This document shows positions 49,689-58,467 of a DNA stretch of 64,000 nucleotides, one piece after another. The stretch is from Actinomycetota bacterium (lineage in GTDB: Bacteria; Actinomycetota; CADDZG01; JAHWKV01): NCBI GenBank assembly GCA_051005875.1, contig JBPCIX010000022.1:3537-67536 (forward strand), in the 5' to 3' direction. Position 1 is the first letter of the stretch. Each line of letters starts with the position of its first letter. The position numbers and the translations under genes were made by a program. The notes beneath the pieces were generated by a model. That model was not told the DNA's origin. It ran no database searches and saw only the letters and a list, made by a program, of their open reading frames with translations.

Positions 49689-49828
49689 ACGGCACTAGAG
49701 GGCTTGGGCCAAATCGGGCAACCAAGACTCGAAGAATCTCACAGGTTGGGCAAAAGGGCCCCCGTCCTGGCTCGACCCTTACCACCAACGCAAATCCACT
49801 AGTGAAGCGCGAGGGAGAACATAGGGCT

Positions 49829-52800
49829 TTGAAGACTCAAAACGCATTGCAAAGGGCGAAGGGCCCGGGGCAATCCGGATTCTCCAAAAGGGCCCGGCGC
49901 GTTGTGGCGCTCGGCGCCGCCTTCGCATTGGTGGTTCTTCCTTCGGCGGGTCCTGCGCTTGAGGGCGGCCAAGCCCCCACGCCTCGCGCCGCCAAGCCCG
50001 CAGCCCAAGCGAGCCAGCCCTCCTTGGCCCGACTAAAGGATGGCCCAAAGGCCCAAGCTAAGGCTCTTAAATCCTTCGGGAACCAGCCCCTTCGCTTTGA
50101 GCTAAACCGCGGCCAAGCCCCCAAGGAAGTCAAGTTCCTAGTCCGTACCCCAAAGCAGACCCTATTTCTTACATCGACCGAAATGATCCTGATGTCCACC
50201 GGCGGCGCGGATGAAACAGCTGCGCTCGGCAAAGGGCCGGCGCCCGTACGGATTAGCCTGGCGAAACGGGGCGCCAAGCCGAAAATCAGCGGCGTTTCGC
50301 GTCTGCCGGGCGTGAGCAACTATTTCCAGGGCCGGGACTCTAAAGCGTGGGTTACCGGGGCCCCGAGCTTCGCGAAGGTCCTTTATAAGGGCGTCTACCC
50401 CGGCATCGACCTGCTCTTTTACGAAAATCGCAAAGGCGGCGGCCTGGAGTACGACTTCCTGGTGAGCCCGGGTGCCAACCCCGCCTCGATCACTCAGTCG
50501 ATCTCGGGCGCCACCCGCCTCGGCCTTGACAAAGGCGAACTGGTGATCACCGCACCCGGCAATGAGATCCGGCAGTCGGCGCCTGTTATTTACCAGAAAA
50601 TCGACGGGAGGCGCCGGCTAATTAAGGGCGCGTACATGCTCGGCGATAGAAATAGTCTAGGGTTTCGGGTTGGGCGCTACGACGAATCAAGAACTCTCAT
50701 TATCGATCCTGTTCTGGCTTGGTCAACCCTCATGGGAGACAACGGATCCAGCGGCGATACGGGCAGCGCCTCCGACGGCTCTGGAACGGGGTCCAATCAC
50801 GGACCCCAAGTGGCTACGGATGCAAGCGGCAATGCCTACCTGGCTGGGTGGACTGCTAAATCTTTTCCGACGCAGGCCGCCTTCCAGCCCGTGCCGGCAG
50901 GCGGGTTCGTCGCCAAATTCGCCCCCAACGGGTCGCTCATCTACTCTACGTACCTTGGTGAGAGTAGTACTTTCCCTCACGACATTGCAGTTGACAGCGT
51001 CGGGAATGCATACATCGGCGGAACAACTAGTTGGTACGACTTTCCAACAACCGCCAACGCATTCCGCCCAGCCAGTCCTAGCACGATGCAACTTTCAAAA
51101 AAAGACGGTGGAGAACATGGTCCAGTGCTCGGCAGCGGCTCGCCTACAAGTTTCCTGAGTAAACTGGATATTGTTGGCCGGCTGGCCTATTCCACTTACC
51201 TCTGGCCAACCCAAGGAGACCGAGGAGGTGGCTCCGTAGACAACCTCTCGGCCGTGTCTGTAGCCGTTTCTGATGAAAAGAATGTCTTCGTAACTGGTCT
51301 GGATTTCACCGGGACCAGAAGCGGGGAAACCTGGGCGTTCCCCTACCGGGCTTGTCCTGGAGCGGACAATGAGAACGGCGGCCGCGCGGTTCCCTTCGTT
51401 GCGAAATTCGATACCGGCGTCGTCGCGGGTGTGCCTGCTGCGGCCCAGGGGTCGGTCGAAGGACCTCCCCCTTTGTTCCTCAAGTGTGGCTACGGTGGAC
51501 GTGACTTGGCCTTGCACGGTGGCTCTCTTTACGCTCTCGACGACGGCTTTGGGTCGAGAATTACGACTTCCGGCCCTCCGTACGAACCCAAAGGGGTCTG
51601 GAGACTCGGGACCGCCGACGGAAGCCCGGGCGCGCACTCAGACCTGACGGGCCTTGCAATTGCGACTTCGCCGACCGGCAGTCCTGACACCTCGGTCTAC
51701 GTGTCGAACAAAACCTCGATAACCAAGCTGGATGAGAATCTTGCGGCTGTAGAGCCCGCTTTGAGCCCTGGTTCGGGTGTGATACTAAATATTTCTGTCG
51801 ACTCCAAGGGGAAGCTTTACGCCGTTGGACAAGGACGTCTGGGCGATATTTCGACGACACCTGACGCCTACCAAAAGGAACTCCGGGGTGGCGTGCGGGA
51901 CGCCTTCGTTATGGTTTTCGATGCCGCGGGATCTAGGGTGTATTCAACATGGCTGGGGGGAAGCCCGTCTAAACCCCCGGCCCTGACGGACGCCGAGGTA
52001 CCGTGCGAACCCTTACTCACTTCTGGAGACGATCACGGAACCGGAGTCGGCGTGGACGGTCTGGGGAACTTTTTCGTGGTCGGCATCACAGTCTCTTACA
52101 ACTTTCCCGTGACCGCCAATGCGTTTCAAAAGGAAAGAAAGACTCGGTGCGTCGATGGCTCCCCGGGCGCCGATTCGTTTATGTCGGATGTGTTCGCGGC
52201 AAAATTCACCGACGCCCTGCCAAGTCTGACCGGGATAGCTCCCGAGCAAGGCTTTGTTTGTGAGCGCACCAAAGTGACCATTAAGGGTACGGGCTTTCCG
52301 GACACCCCCGCGGTCACATTTGGGGGCAGAGCAGCGGAGGTGATCGGCGTGACCCACGACCCGGACCCCGCCAAGGGCGACACCATTACCGTCATGAGCC
52401 CGACCATGGACGCCCCCGGCCCGGCGGAGGTAAAAGTGACCAGCGCTGGGGGGAACTCGTCTTCTACCGCCCTTCTGGGGAGTTTTCGATACCTTCCCGC
52501 CACGCCCCCGACAGTGCAGAGCGTTTCCCCGGTCAGTGGCAGCCCTCTCGGCGGGGAACCGGTGACGATCGCTGGAAGCTTTGCATGCGTCACGAAGATC
52601 GCCTTCGGGGATGTTCCACCGAAGGACTTTGTTTTGAGCGACGACCGAACCAAGATCACCGCCACCAGCCCGGAGCACGACCCAGGGCCGGTTCACGTTA
52701 CGGTCGCCACCGCCGCCGGAGTACCCGGTATTCCCCAATCGCTTAACGCCGACCTGTTCACCTTTGCGCCGCTGATCACGGCGGTCGATCCACCAACCGG

Positions 52801-53536
52801 GCCCACTTTGGGCGCGACCAAAGTAAGGATTGCCGGCAAAGGGTTCTTAAGGGCTACCAAGGCTGTGGCGTTCGGTGGACTGCCGGCGCCTTTCACCGTG
52901 GCGTCGGACACCGAGATCGAAGCCACCAGCCCTGCTCACCCGGCGGGCGATGTATCGGTGGCGGTCAGTACCACCGAGAATTTGCAGGCAGTCCCCAAAG
53001 TGGCCGGGGCAAACTTGTTCACTTACCTGCTTCCGAAGGTCGCAGTCCCCCTCGATGAGGACCCGGGCAAGGGAGGGACCGATGGCGGCAAGGCCATTGT
53101 TCAGCCGGTCATTCCCGGCGGTGGGACTACGTCAGCGGCGCCGGTCACCCAACCCGCCCAGGCGCCTAATCCCCAGCCTCTTGGCAATGCCCAGCCGGGC
53201 TCAATTGCTCAGCAAAATCCCTCGGCCGTCTTGAGCCCAGGCGCGGCGCCGAATCCCGGCTTTGCCTTAGCGCCGGGCGGCGCAGGCTCTCCGCTTGCTA
53301 ATCCACGAACTGCGTCCGCGGGGGTTGCGGTTGGCGGCTATCAAGACGAACCCAGTGCCGCTCCGCGCCTCGCCATGGTTGCTCTGAATGACCGGGAAGT
53401 GACGCGGGCATGCTTCATGGGCGGATCGACCCTGCTGCTCCTGCTGTTCGGGTTCTCTTTGTCATTTGCCAGACGACGACCTCTGGCGGGACATGCAGAC
53501 GCAACCGAAGCCTGCCCTGCGCCCCAGATCGCATAG
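49829..53536 (+). CDS. giant surface protein: SBBP-type beta-propeller repeats + 3-4 IPT/TIG domains + C-terminal TM anchor
   Basis: The N-terminal PLRFELNRGQAPKEVKFLVRTPKQTLFLTSTE box is typical of SBBP-repeat proteins. Repeats such as DASGNAYLAGWT, DSVGNAYIGGTTSWYDFPTTANAF and DGLGNFFVVGITVSYNFPVTANAFQ follow. IPT/TIG-like units start at ITGIAPEQG, VQSVSPVSGSPLGG and ITAVDPPTGPTLG. The tail is GGSTLLLLLFGFSLSFARRRP. The start is set to TTG 49829 (GAGGGAG 10 nt upstream). The track ORF from 49520 overlaps the previous gene. Confidence 0.75.
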   Translation: MKTQNALQRAKGPGQSGFSKRARRVVALGAAFALVVLPSAGPALEGGQAPTPRAAKPAAQASQPSLARLKDGPKAQAKALKSFGNQPLRFELNRGQAPKEVKFLVRTPKQTLFLTSTEMILMSTGGADETAALGKGPAPVRISLAKRGAKPKISGVSRLPGVSNYFQGRDSKAWVTGAPSFAKVLYKGVYPGIDLLFYENRKGGGLEYDFLVSPGANPASITQSISGATRLGLDKGELVITAPGNEIRQSAPVIYQKIDGRRRLIKGAYMLGDRNSLGFRVGRYDESRTLIIDPVLAWSTLMGDNGSSGDTGSASDGSGTGSNHGPQVATDASGNAYLAGWTAKSFPTQAAFQPVPAGGFVAKFAPNGSLIYSTYLGESSTFPHDIAVDSVGNAYIGGTTSWYDFPTTANAFRPASPSTMQLSKKDGGEHGPVLGSGSPTSFLSKLDIVGRLAYSTYLWPTQGDRGGGSVDNLSAVSVAVSDEKNVFVTGLDFTGTRSGETWAFPYRACPGADNENGGRAVPFVAKFDTGVVAGVPAAAQGSVEGPPPLFLKCGYGGRDLALHGGSLYALDDGFGSRITTSGPPYEPKGVWRLGTADGSPGAHSDLTGLAIATSPTGSPDTSVYVSNKTSITKLDENLAAVEPALSPGSGVILNISVDSKGKLYAVGQGRLGDISTTPDAYQKELRGGVRDAFVMVFDAAGSRVYSTWLGGSPSKPPALTDAEVPCEPLLTSGDDHGTGVGVDGLGNFFVVGITVSYNFPVTANAFQKERKTRCVDGSPGADSFMSDVFAAKFTDALPSLTGIAPEQGFVCERTKVTIKGTGFPDTPAVTFGGRAAEVIGVTHDPDPAKGDTITVMSPTMDAPGPAEVKVTSAGGNSSSTALLGSFRYLPATPPTVQSVSPVSGSPLGGEPVTIAGSFACVTKIAFGDVPPKDFVLSDDRTKITATSPEHDPGPVHVTVATAAGVPGIPQSLNADLFTFAPLITAVDPPTGPTLGATKVRIAGKGFLRATKAVAFGGLPAPFTVASDTEIEATSPAHPAGDVSVAVSTTENLQAVPKVAGANLFTYLLPKVAVPLDEDPGKGGTDGGKAIVQPVIPGGGTTSAAPVTQPAQAPNPQPLGNAQPGSIAQQNPSAVLSPGAAPNPGFALAPGGAGSPLANPRTASAGVAVGGYQDEPSAAPRLAMVALNDREVTRACFMGGSTLLLLLFGFSLSFARRRPLAGHADATEACPAPQIA

Positions 53537-53542
53537 GCGCCC

Positions 53543-56332
53543 TTGAGGAACAAACTTCGCTCTGGTCGGCGAGGCTGGGCCAAAAAGCTTCTAGCAACGT
53601 CGGCCCTCGGCGCCTTTGCCCTGACGAGTCTTGCGCCGCAGGCAAACGGCGCGCTGGGTAACCGCTCTCCGGAACCCGGCACGGTGGACACCGTTGCCGG
53701 TCCGGGCTACTGCTTGGGCCGCTCTGTCCTGGACCCTAAATCGCTAGGCATCAGGTCTCTCGCCGTGAGCCCCGAGGGGCAGCTTGTCGTCGACGCCGGC
53801 CCCCCGAACTCAGGTCTTTTCGGCGTGGTACCTGCTGAGGGCTACGGCGTTTATCGTGCCAGGCCCAAAACCGTGTATTCCCAGGCTCAGTTGCTCCAGA
53901 AAAATCGAGACAACCTGTATAAGCCCTGGGCTCTTCGAGGCGGAAGCGCGCCGGGCCTCGGCCTCATGCGCTTGCCGAGAATGGACGCCAAGCAGGTTGC
54001 AACTGCCGATGAACGTGCCATCCTGATGCCGCATATTTACGATTCAGGCCTCCGCCGAGATTACTCTCCAGACGCAAATTTCACCCCTTTTCTTGGAAAC
54101 ACCGATGGCGCGCCACGTTCGCTCGGAGACGGCGCCCTTGCGGCCAAGGCCGGCTTCACGGCGATTCAGGCTCTTGCGATGGACGAACAACTCAACATTT
54201 ATGTGGCCGACCAGGCCGGAACTAAAGCCAAGAATGCCCAAATACGGTTTGTTAATAACAACTTCATACCCAAAGCGGTCCCGTCGGCCATCATCCTATA
54301 TGCGGGCACTTCTCAAGAGCGAGCCGTTAAACCAGGCGCTATCGACACCGTCGCCGGTAAAGGGCGCAAGCCAAATGCCGGAGATGACGGCCCCGCCCTT
54401 CAAGCAGGCATTGGAACCACCTCATCTATGGTGGTCGCCGGGAAACGGCTCTACATCGCCTCATACATAAAAGGGGGTGCCGGACGTCGGGGGGACGCCC
54501 GTGTGAGGATGGTGAACCTGGGGTCCGAGCAGCTCGAGGCTCACGGCCTTGTCATCAAGCCGGGGACCATAGCCACCGTTGCCGGCGGGCATGGCACCGG
54601 TTTCGCCGGTGACGGGGGCCCGGCCCGGAGAGGCTCCTTCTCACAAATAACGGGAATGGCGGCCGACGCCGATGGGAACCTTTACCTGGCCGACCGCGAC
54701 CACCACCGGATCCGCAGGGTCGACTCGAAGGGCAGGATCACGACCGTTGCCGGTACCGGCGGCGCCGGTCCGCGCGACGGAGGATTCAACGGCAACAATT
54801 TGCCGGCTGTAAAGGCCAAGCTCAACCGGCCGTTTGACGTGAAAACCGGGCCGCAAGGACGCCTGTACATCACCGATGACATGAACGGTCAGATCCGATA
54901 CATCGACTCGGGAGGAATAATTCACGCCGCCTTTGGCAGCGGAATTGGCCTGACGTGGACCTGTCGGCCTCAAAAATCGTTGCCCGCCTCTGGGCCGGAA
55001 CGAGGCGCAGAGGCAAAGCGGGACCAAGTAAGGCAGGGACCACTCGGGAGCGTGGACCTTCCAACCCGGTCTGAACTGCCGACTAACTTCGGGGGCCCCT
55101 CAAGCCTGGCTACTGGAGGTCCGAGGGGCGTTTACGTCGCCACGCCGGAGTTGGGCCAGGTGAAGCTCATCGAGCCATCGGGCGTTGTCAGCACCGTGGC
55201 TGGGGACGGCCGGGATGTGTGCCCGCCCGCCAAAACGTGCCCGCCTTCGGGCGGCGACGGAGGCCCTGCTCTGTCGGCCCGCCTAGACGCACCGGCCCTG
55301 GTGGCGGCGAGCCCCCGCAAGGGTTTCTACGTATTCGACAGGAAAGAGAACCGGATTCGCTTCGTGAACACTAGCTTGAAGCCCCTGCGGATCAACGGCG
55401 TCAAAGTCGCTCCCGGCGCAATTGCGGGCATCGCCGGGGCCCAGGGGGACGCGCCCGGTGCCACCACTGCGCCCGGTGCGCCCGGTGCGCCCGGTGCGCC
55501 TGATCCCAAGAAGGCCGTCTCCGCGGCCGTGCCGGCCGTCAGTTCGCTTGCTGCTGATCGCGCAGGCAACCTCTTCATAGCCGAGCCGGACAGCAAACGA
55601 ATTAGGCGAATTGATAGCGCCGGCGCCATCAGCACATTTATCGGCGAAGGTGGTGACTTCAACGTGGGATCGTCTGGCTGCTGCACGTCTCCTTCGGTGG
55701 TCGCCCCTGGCCCAAGAGGGAGCCTCTACATTTACGACAAAGTCGCCCTGAAGGTCTTTCTCGCCAACAGGGGGACTTCTCAAGTGACGGTGCACGGCCA
55801 GAAGGTTGCCGCAGGCGCCATTGCCCCGGTCGCCGGCAACGGTAAGACGGGATTTGGCGGCGATAACGGACCGGCCCTGACAGGCTCCTTCACGGGGCCT
55901 GAAGCTATGACTACCGATGGGAAGGGCAATCTTTATATCGTCGATCGGCCGGAGGCAACTGTTCGTAAGGTCGACTCTAAGGGTGTCATCACTACCGTCG
56001 CGGGGGCCGGCGGCACCCTAAGCATCTCCGCCGCTTTGGGCGCCGGCGGGTTCAACGGCGACGGGTTAAAGGGCCAGCTGACCGCCTTCAGCAATCCCTC
56101 GGGGATCGCCCTCGACTCCTGCGGCAATCTGCTGATAGCCGACTCCAACAACGACCGTGTCCGGCGGCTTAACTTGAGGCTACCGTGCGGGGTCTCGGCC
56201 GGCCAGACTTCCGGCGCCACTTCGTCCTCGGGGTTGCCGCCTGCACTGCTCATCGGCGGCCCAGCCGTCCTCGTGCTTGCTGGAGTGATCTATCTGCTCG
56301 TTAGGCGGACCCGCTCTTCAGACTCTGAGTAA
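53543..56332 (+). CDS. NHL-repeat beta-propeller surface protein with C-terminal TM anchor
   Basis: The signal is KKLLATSALGAFALTSLAPQANG. There are many NHL-like units (LYLADRDHHRIRRVDSKGRITTVAGTG, LNRPFDVKTGPQGRLYITDDMNGQIRYID, LLIADSNNDRVRRLNL). The tail is LLIGGPAVLVLAGVIYLLVRRTRSSDSE. It starts 7 nt after the SBBP gene stop. Confidence 0.8.
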   Translation: MRNKLRSGRRGWAKKLLATSALGAFALTSLAPQANGALGNRSPEPGTVDTVAGPGYCLGRSVLDPKSLGIRSLAVSPEGQLVVDAGPPNSGLFGVVPAEGYGVYRARPKTVYSQAQLLQKNRDNLYKPWALRGGSAPGLGLMRLPRMDAKQVATADERAILMPHIYDSGLRRDYSPDANFTPFLGNTDGAPRSLGDGALAAKAGFTAIQALAMDEQLNIYVADQAGTKAKNAQIRFVNNNFIPKAVPSAIILYAGTSQERAVKPGAIDTVAGKGRKPNAGDDGPALQAGIGTTSSMVVAGKRLYIASYIKGGAGRRGDARVRMVNLGSEQLEAHGLVIKPGTIATVAGGHGTGFAGDGGPARRGSFSQITGMAADADGNLYLADRDHHRIRRVDSKGRITTVAGTGGAGPRDGGFNGNNLPAVKAKLNRPFDVKTGPQGRLYITDDMNGQIRYIDSGGIIHAAFGSGIGLTWTCRPQKSLPASGPERGAEAKRDQVRQGPLGSVDLPTRSELPTNFGGPSSLATGGPRGVYVATPELGQVKLIEPSGVVSTVAGDGRDVCPPAKTCPPSGGDGGPALSARLDAPALVAASPRKGFYVFDRKENRIRFVNTSLKPLRINGVKVAPGAIAGIAGAQGDAPGATTAPGAPGAPGAPDPKKAVSAAVPAVSSLAADRAGNLFIAEPDSKRIRRIDSAGAISTFIGEGGDFNVGSSGCCTSPSVVAPGPRGSLYIYDKVALKVFLANRGTSQVTVHGQKVAAGAIAPVAGNGKTGFGGDNGPALTGSFTGPEAMTTDGKGNLYIVDRPEATVRKVDSKGVITTVAGAGGTLSISAALGAGGFNGDGLKGQLTAFSNPSGIALDSCGNLLIADSNNDRVRRLNLRLPCGVSAGQTSGATSSSGLPPALLIGGPAVLVLAGVIYLLVRRTRSSDSE

Positions 56333-56361
56333 GGGCCCTCAACGTCCAGGGGCCGCAATGA
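56332..56361 (+). pseudogene. orphan 3' tail of a vapC gene fused to the NHL stop codon
   Basis: AGGGCCCTCAACGTCCAGGGGCCGCAATGA matches AGGGCCCTCAACGTCCAGGGCCCGCAATAG at 57979-58008 at 27 of 30 positions. Both encode RALNVQGPQ*. The copy here begins at the last base of the NHL TAA stop. Confidence 0.75.
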
Positions 56362-56547
56362 CCCCTCTCGCCTATTGCGCCAAAGGGCGGAAGCGATCGA
56401 AATAACCTTTCCCTCGTCCTCCGAGCCGCAGAACTGGAAGCCGTACTCCCGGCACATCTGGCCGAATTCCTGTGGCTTGCCGGTCACTCTGCATCATCAC
56501 CTTTTAGTGGGCAGGAATCAGGGGGGCTGCAGGCGTAGTATTGGGGT

Positions 56548-56760
56548 ATGCGAACTGACTTCAAGGCAGTAGTCAAAAGGGACGACAAGTGGTGGATCGG
56601 ATGGGTCGAGGAAATTTCGGGAGTGAATTCGCAAGGTGAAACTCGCGACGAGCTCATGGAGAATCTGAAATCTGCTTTGTTCGAAGCCCTTGAAATGAAT
56701 AGGGAGTCAGCCCGCAGCGCCGCGGGCGAGGAGTTTGAAGAAGTAACAATCTCGACTTGA
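56548..56760 (+). CDS. HicB-like (UPF0150) antitoxin, no recognisable HicA partner
   Basis: 70 aa. FKAVVKRDDKWWIGWVEEISGVNSQGETRDELMENLKSALFEALE fits the small HicB fold pattern. Confidence 0.65.
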   Translation: MRTDFKAVVKRDDKWWIGWVEEISGVNSQGETRDELMENLKSALFEALEMNRESARSAAGEEFEEVTIST

Positions 56761-56787
56761 AACGCCGGTCGTCCCAGGAGGTTAACA

Positions 56788-57222
56788 ATGACAAAGCTTC
56801 GGCCTTATCTGAATTTTGAAGGAGACGCTGAGGAAGCATTCAACTTCTACAGGTCCGTGTTCGGCGGCGAGTTCGTGTCGTTTTTCCGGTTCAAGGATTT
56901 TCCGATGGAAGGCGTGACCGTACCCGTCGAGGATGAAGGCAAGATGGTGCACATCAGCTTGGAAATCGCCGACGACCAAATCTTGATGGCCAGCGACGCA
57001 CTTCCGGCTCTCGGACAAAAGCTGGTTCAAGGCAACAACGCCCACATCTCGGTTCACCCAGAAAGCCGGGAAGAGGCCGACAGAATCTTCAGCGGTCTCT
57101 CAGACGGCGGCACCGTCGAGATGCCGATCGGCGACCAGCCGTGGGGCGATTATTACGGAAGCTTCAAGGACAGGTTCGGCGTCCAGTGGATGGTTAATTA
57201 CAGCCCGCCGCGGGAACCTTAG
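56788..57222 (+). CDS. VOC/glyoxalase-superfamily protein, PhnB-like
   Basis: AGGAGG RBS. LRPYLNFEGDAEEAFNFYRSVFGGEF...MVHISLEI.DQILMASD...MPIGDQPWGDYYGSFKDRFGVQWMVNY is the classic PhnB-like pattern. Confidence 0.8.
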   Translation: MTKLRPYLNFEGDAEEAFNFYRSVFGGEFVSFFRFKDFPMEGVTVPVEDEGKMVHISLEIADDQILMASDALPALGQKLVQGNNAHISVHPESREEADRIFSGLSDGGTVEMPIGDQPWGDYYGSFKDRFGVQWMVNYSPPREP

Positions 57223-57311
57223 TAGGAGTCTTAAGGCCCCGAGGCCGACGTCGCGGGCGCGGAGGAACGCCTGGGTGGCAGCCGCCCGGCTATGTGCTAC
57301 CATTGTGCGTC

Positions 57312-57602
57312 ATGGGCCAAACTAAGTCCGTCGGAATCAGGCAGCTCAGACAGAACCTCAGCGTCTACATCAGCAGGGTGCGTAAGGGAGAGCGGTATCA
57401 GGTCACCGAAAGAGGAGTTCCGGTAGCCGTTCTGGGCCCCATCTCTGGATCCCACGGCACCCTGGACCGCCTGGCGGCACAGGGCCTCGTTCAGCGGGCA
57501 TCCAGGGATCCTGCCTCTTTAGGCCCCCCGCCTTCTCCTCACAAGAAGCCTAAGATGTCGGCCAGCAAGGCCCTGGCCCAGCTTCGCGCTGATGACCGAT
57601 GA
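57312..57602 (+). CDS. Phd/YefM family antitoxin
   Basis: MGQTKSVGIRQLRQNLSVYISRVRKGERYQVTERGVPVAVLGP. It overlaps the vapC start by 11 nt. Confidence 0.8.
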   Translation: MGQTKSVGIRQLRQNLSVYISRVRKGERYQVTERGVPVAVLGPISGSHGTLDRLAAQGLVQRASRDPASLGPPPSPHKKPKMSASKALAQLRADDR

Positions 57603-58008
57603 AGATGGGGCCCAGGCTCTCACGTACCTGGATTCGTCTGCGATCGTCAAGCTCATTCTTCCGGAACCCGAAAGCGGGGCTCTGTCGGAGTTTCTAGCGG
57701 GCAGAAACCTGGTAAGCAGCCGGCTGGGTGAAATTGAAAGCCGCAGAGCCATAATGCTGACGGGGAGCGACGAGGAAGTGACGGCACGCGAGCAAGAGGT
57801 GCTCGACAGCATTGACCTTATCGAGATATCCCCCACGATTGCGAGTGATGCGGCTGGACTTGAGCCGCCCGCACTGCGAACTCTCGACGCCATCCATCTG
57901 GCAACGGCTCTGGCGCTCGGAGAGGACCTCGACTGTGTGGTTGTTTACGATCACCGGCTTGCTGCCGCTACGCGGGAAAGGGCCCTCAACGTCCAGGGCC
58001 CGCAATAG
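57592..58008 (+). CDS. vapC: VapC PIN-domain toxin
   Basis: It has YLDSSAIVKL (first acidic residue), a central E, and LRTLDAIHLATAL. It ends in RALNVQGPQ. Confidence 0.8.
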   Translation: MTDEDGAQALTYLDSSAIVKLILPEPESGALSEFLAGRNLVSSRLGEIESRRAIMLTGSDEEVTAREQEVLDSIDLIEISPTIASDAAGLEPPALRTLDAIHLATALALGEDLDCVVVYDHRLAAATRERALNVQGPQ

Positions 58009-58023
58009 AAGAATGAAACTTTG

Positions 58024-58446
58024 TCAGCTCGTATCTTCTAGTTCGCGCAGCAGTCGCAGGAAACCGGCGGGGTAGATAACCTCGACATCCTCATTCTCGA
58101 GACCCGCGGCATGAAAGTGGCGGTCCCGGCTGACAAGGTACATCGCTTCAGCCCTGACCGCCAGGTCAGCAAGATAGTCGTCATCCAGATCGCCGGGGAC
58201 CCGCCGCGGCGGGTCGGCGTTGTCCGGATAACCCAATCCTTCCGTTTCAAGCTCTTCGGCGGCCTGATTTATCTCCTCATGGGTAATTCCATATCGCCCA
58301 GCAATTCGGGGCCGCCCCATCACCTCGATGAACTCCCTGATCAGCTCCGGGCAGGTCGCGAGCTCAAAGACTCCTTCCCGCCATAGATTGAGAAGCTCAT
58401 GGGCGGCACCGGAGTGCGCGAGGGTTCCGGCGACCAACGCATCCAC
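58024..58446 (-). CDS. PIN-family toxin (TIGR00305-like), N-terminus compromised
   Basis: The track start is GTG 58446 (MDALVAGTLAHSGAAHELLNLWREGVFELATCPELIREF). The expected N-terminal strand IKVAID lies upstream, between the RHH stop (58468-58470, same reading frame) and the GTG. Only an ATA codon (58464) is available there. Confidence 0.6.
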   Translation of the reverse strand: MDALVAGTLAHSGAAHELLNLWREGVFELATCPELIREFIEVMGRPRIAGRYGITHEEINQAAEELETEGLGYPDNADPPRRVPGDLDDDYLADLAVRAEAMYLVSRDRHFHAAGLENEDVEVIYPAGFLRLLRELEDTS

Positions 58447-58467
58447 GTCGATTGCAACTTTTATCGG

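Noticed and set aside
49520-49828. N-terminal 103 codons of the track ORF 49520-53536
   Set aside because: This part overlaps the 3' half of the 49104-49688 gene in another frame and is Arg/Pro-rich low complexity. A TTG with a GAGGGAG RBS at 49829 gives a normal signal peptide.
56290-56487. Minus-strand 65-aa ORF (VTGKPQEFGQMCREYGFQFCGSEDEGKV...) as a possible HicA partner of the HicB-like gene
   Set aside because: Resemblance to HicA (K..E......GF....GSH) is weak. The spacing is wrong and the catalytic His is absent (GSE). It is divergent from hicB, and its 3' half is antisense to the NHL gene end and the vapC tail.
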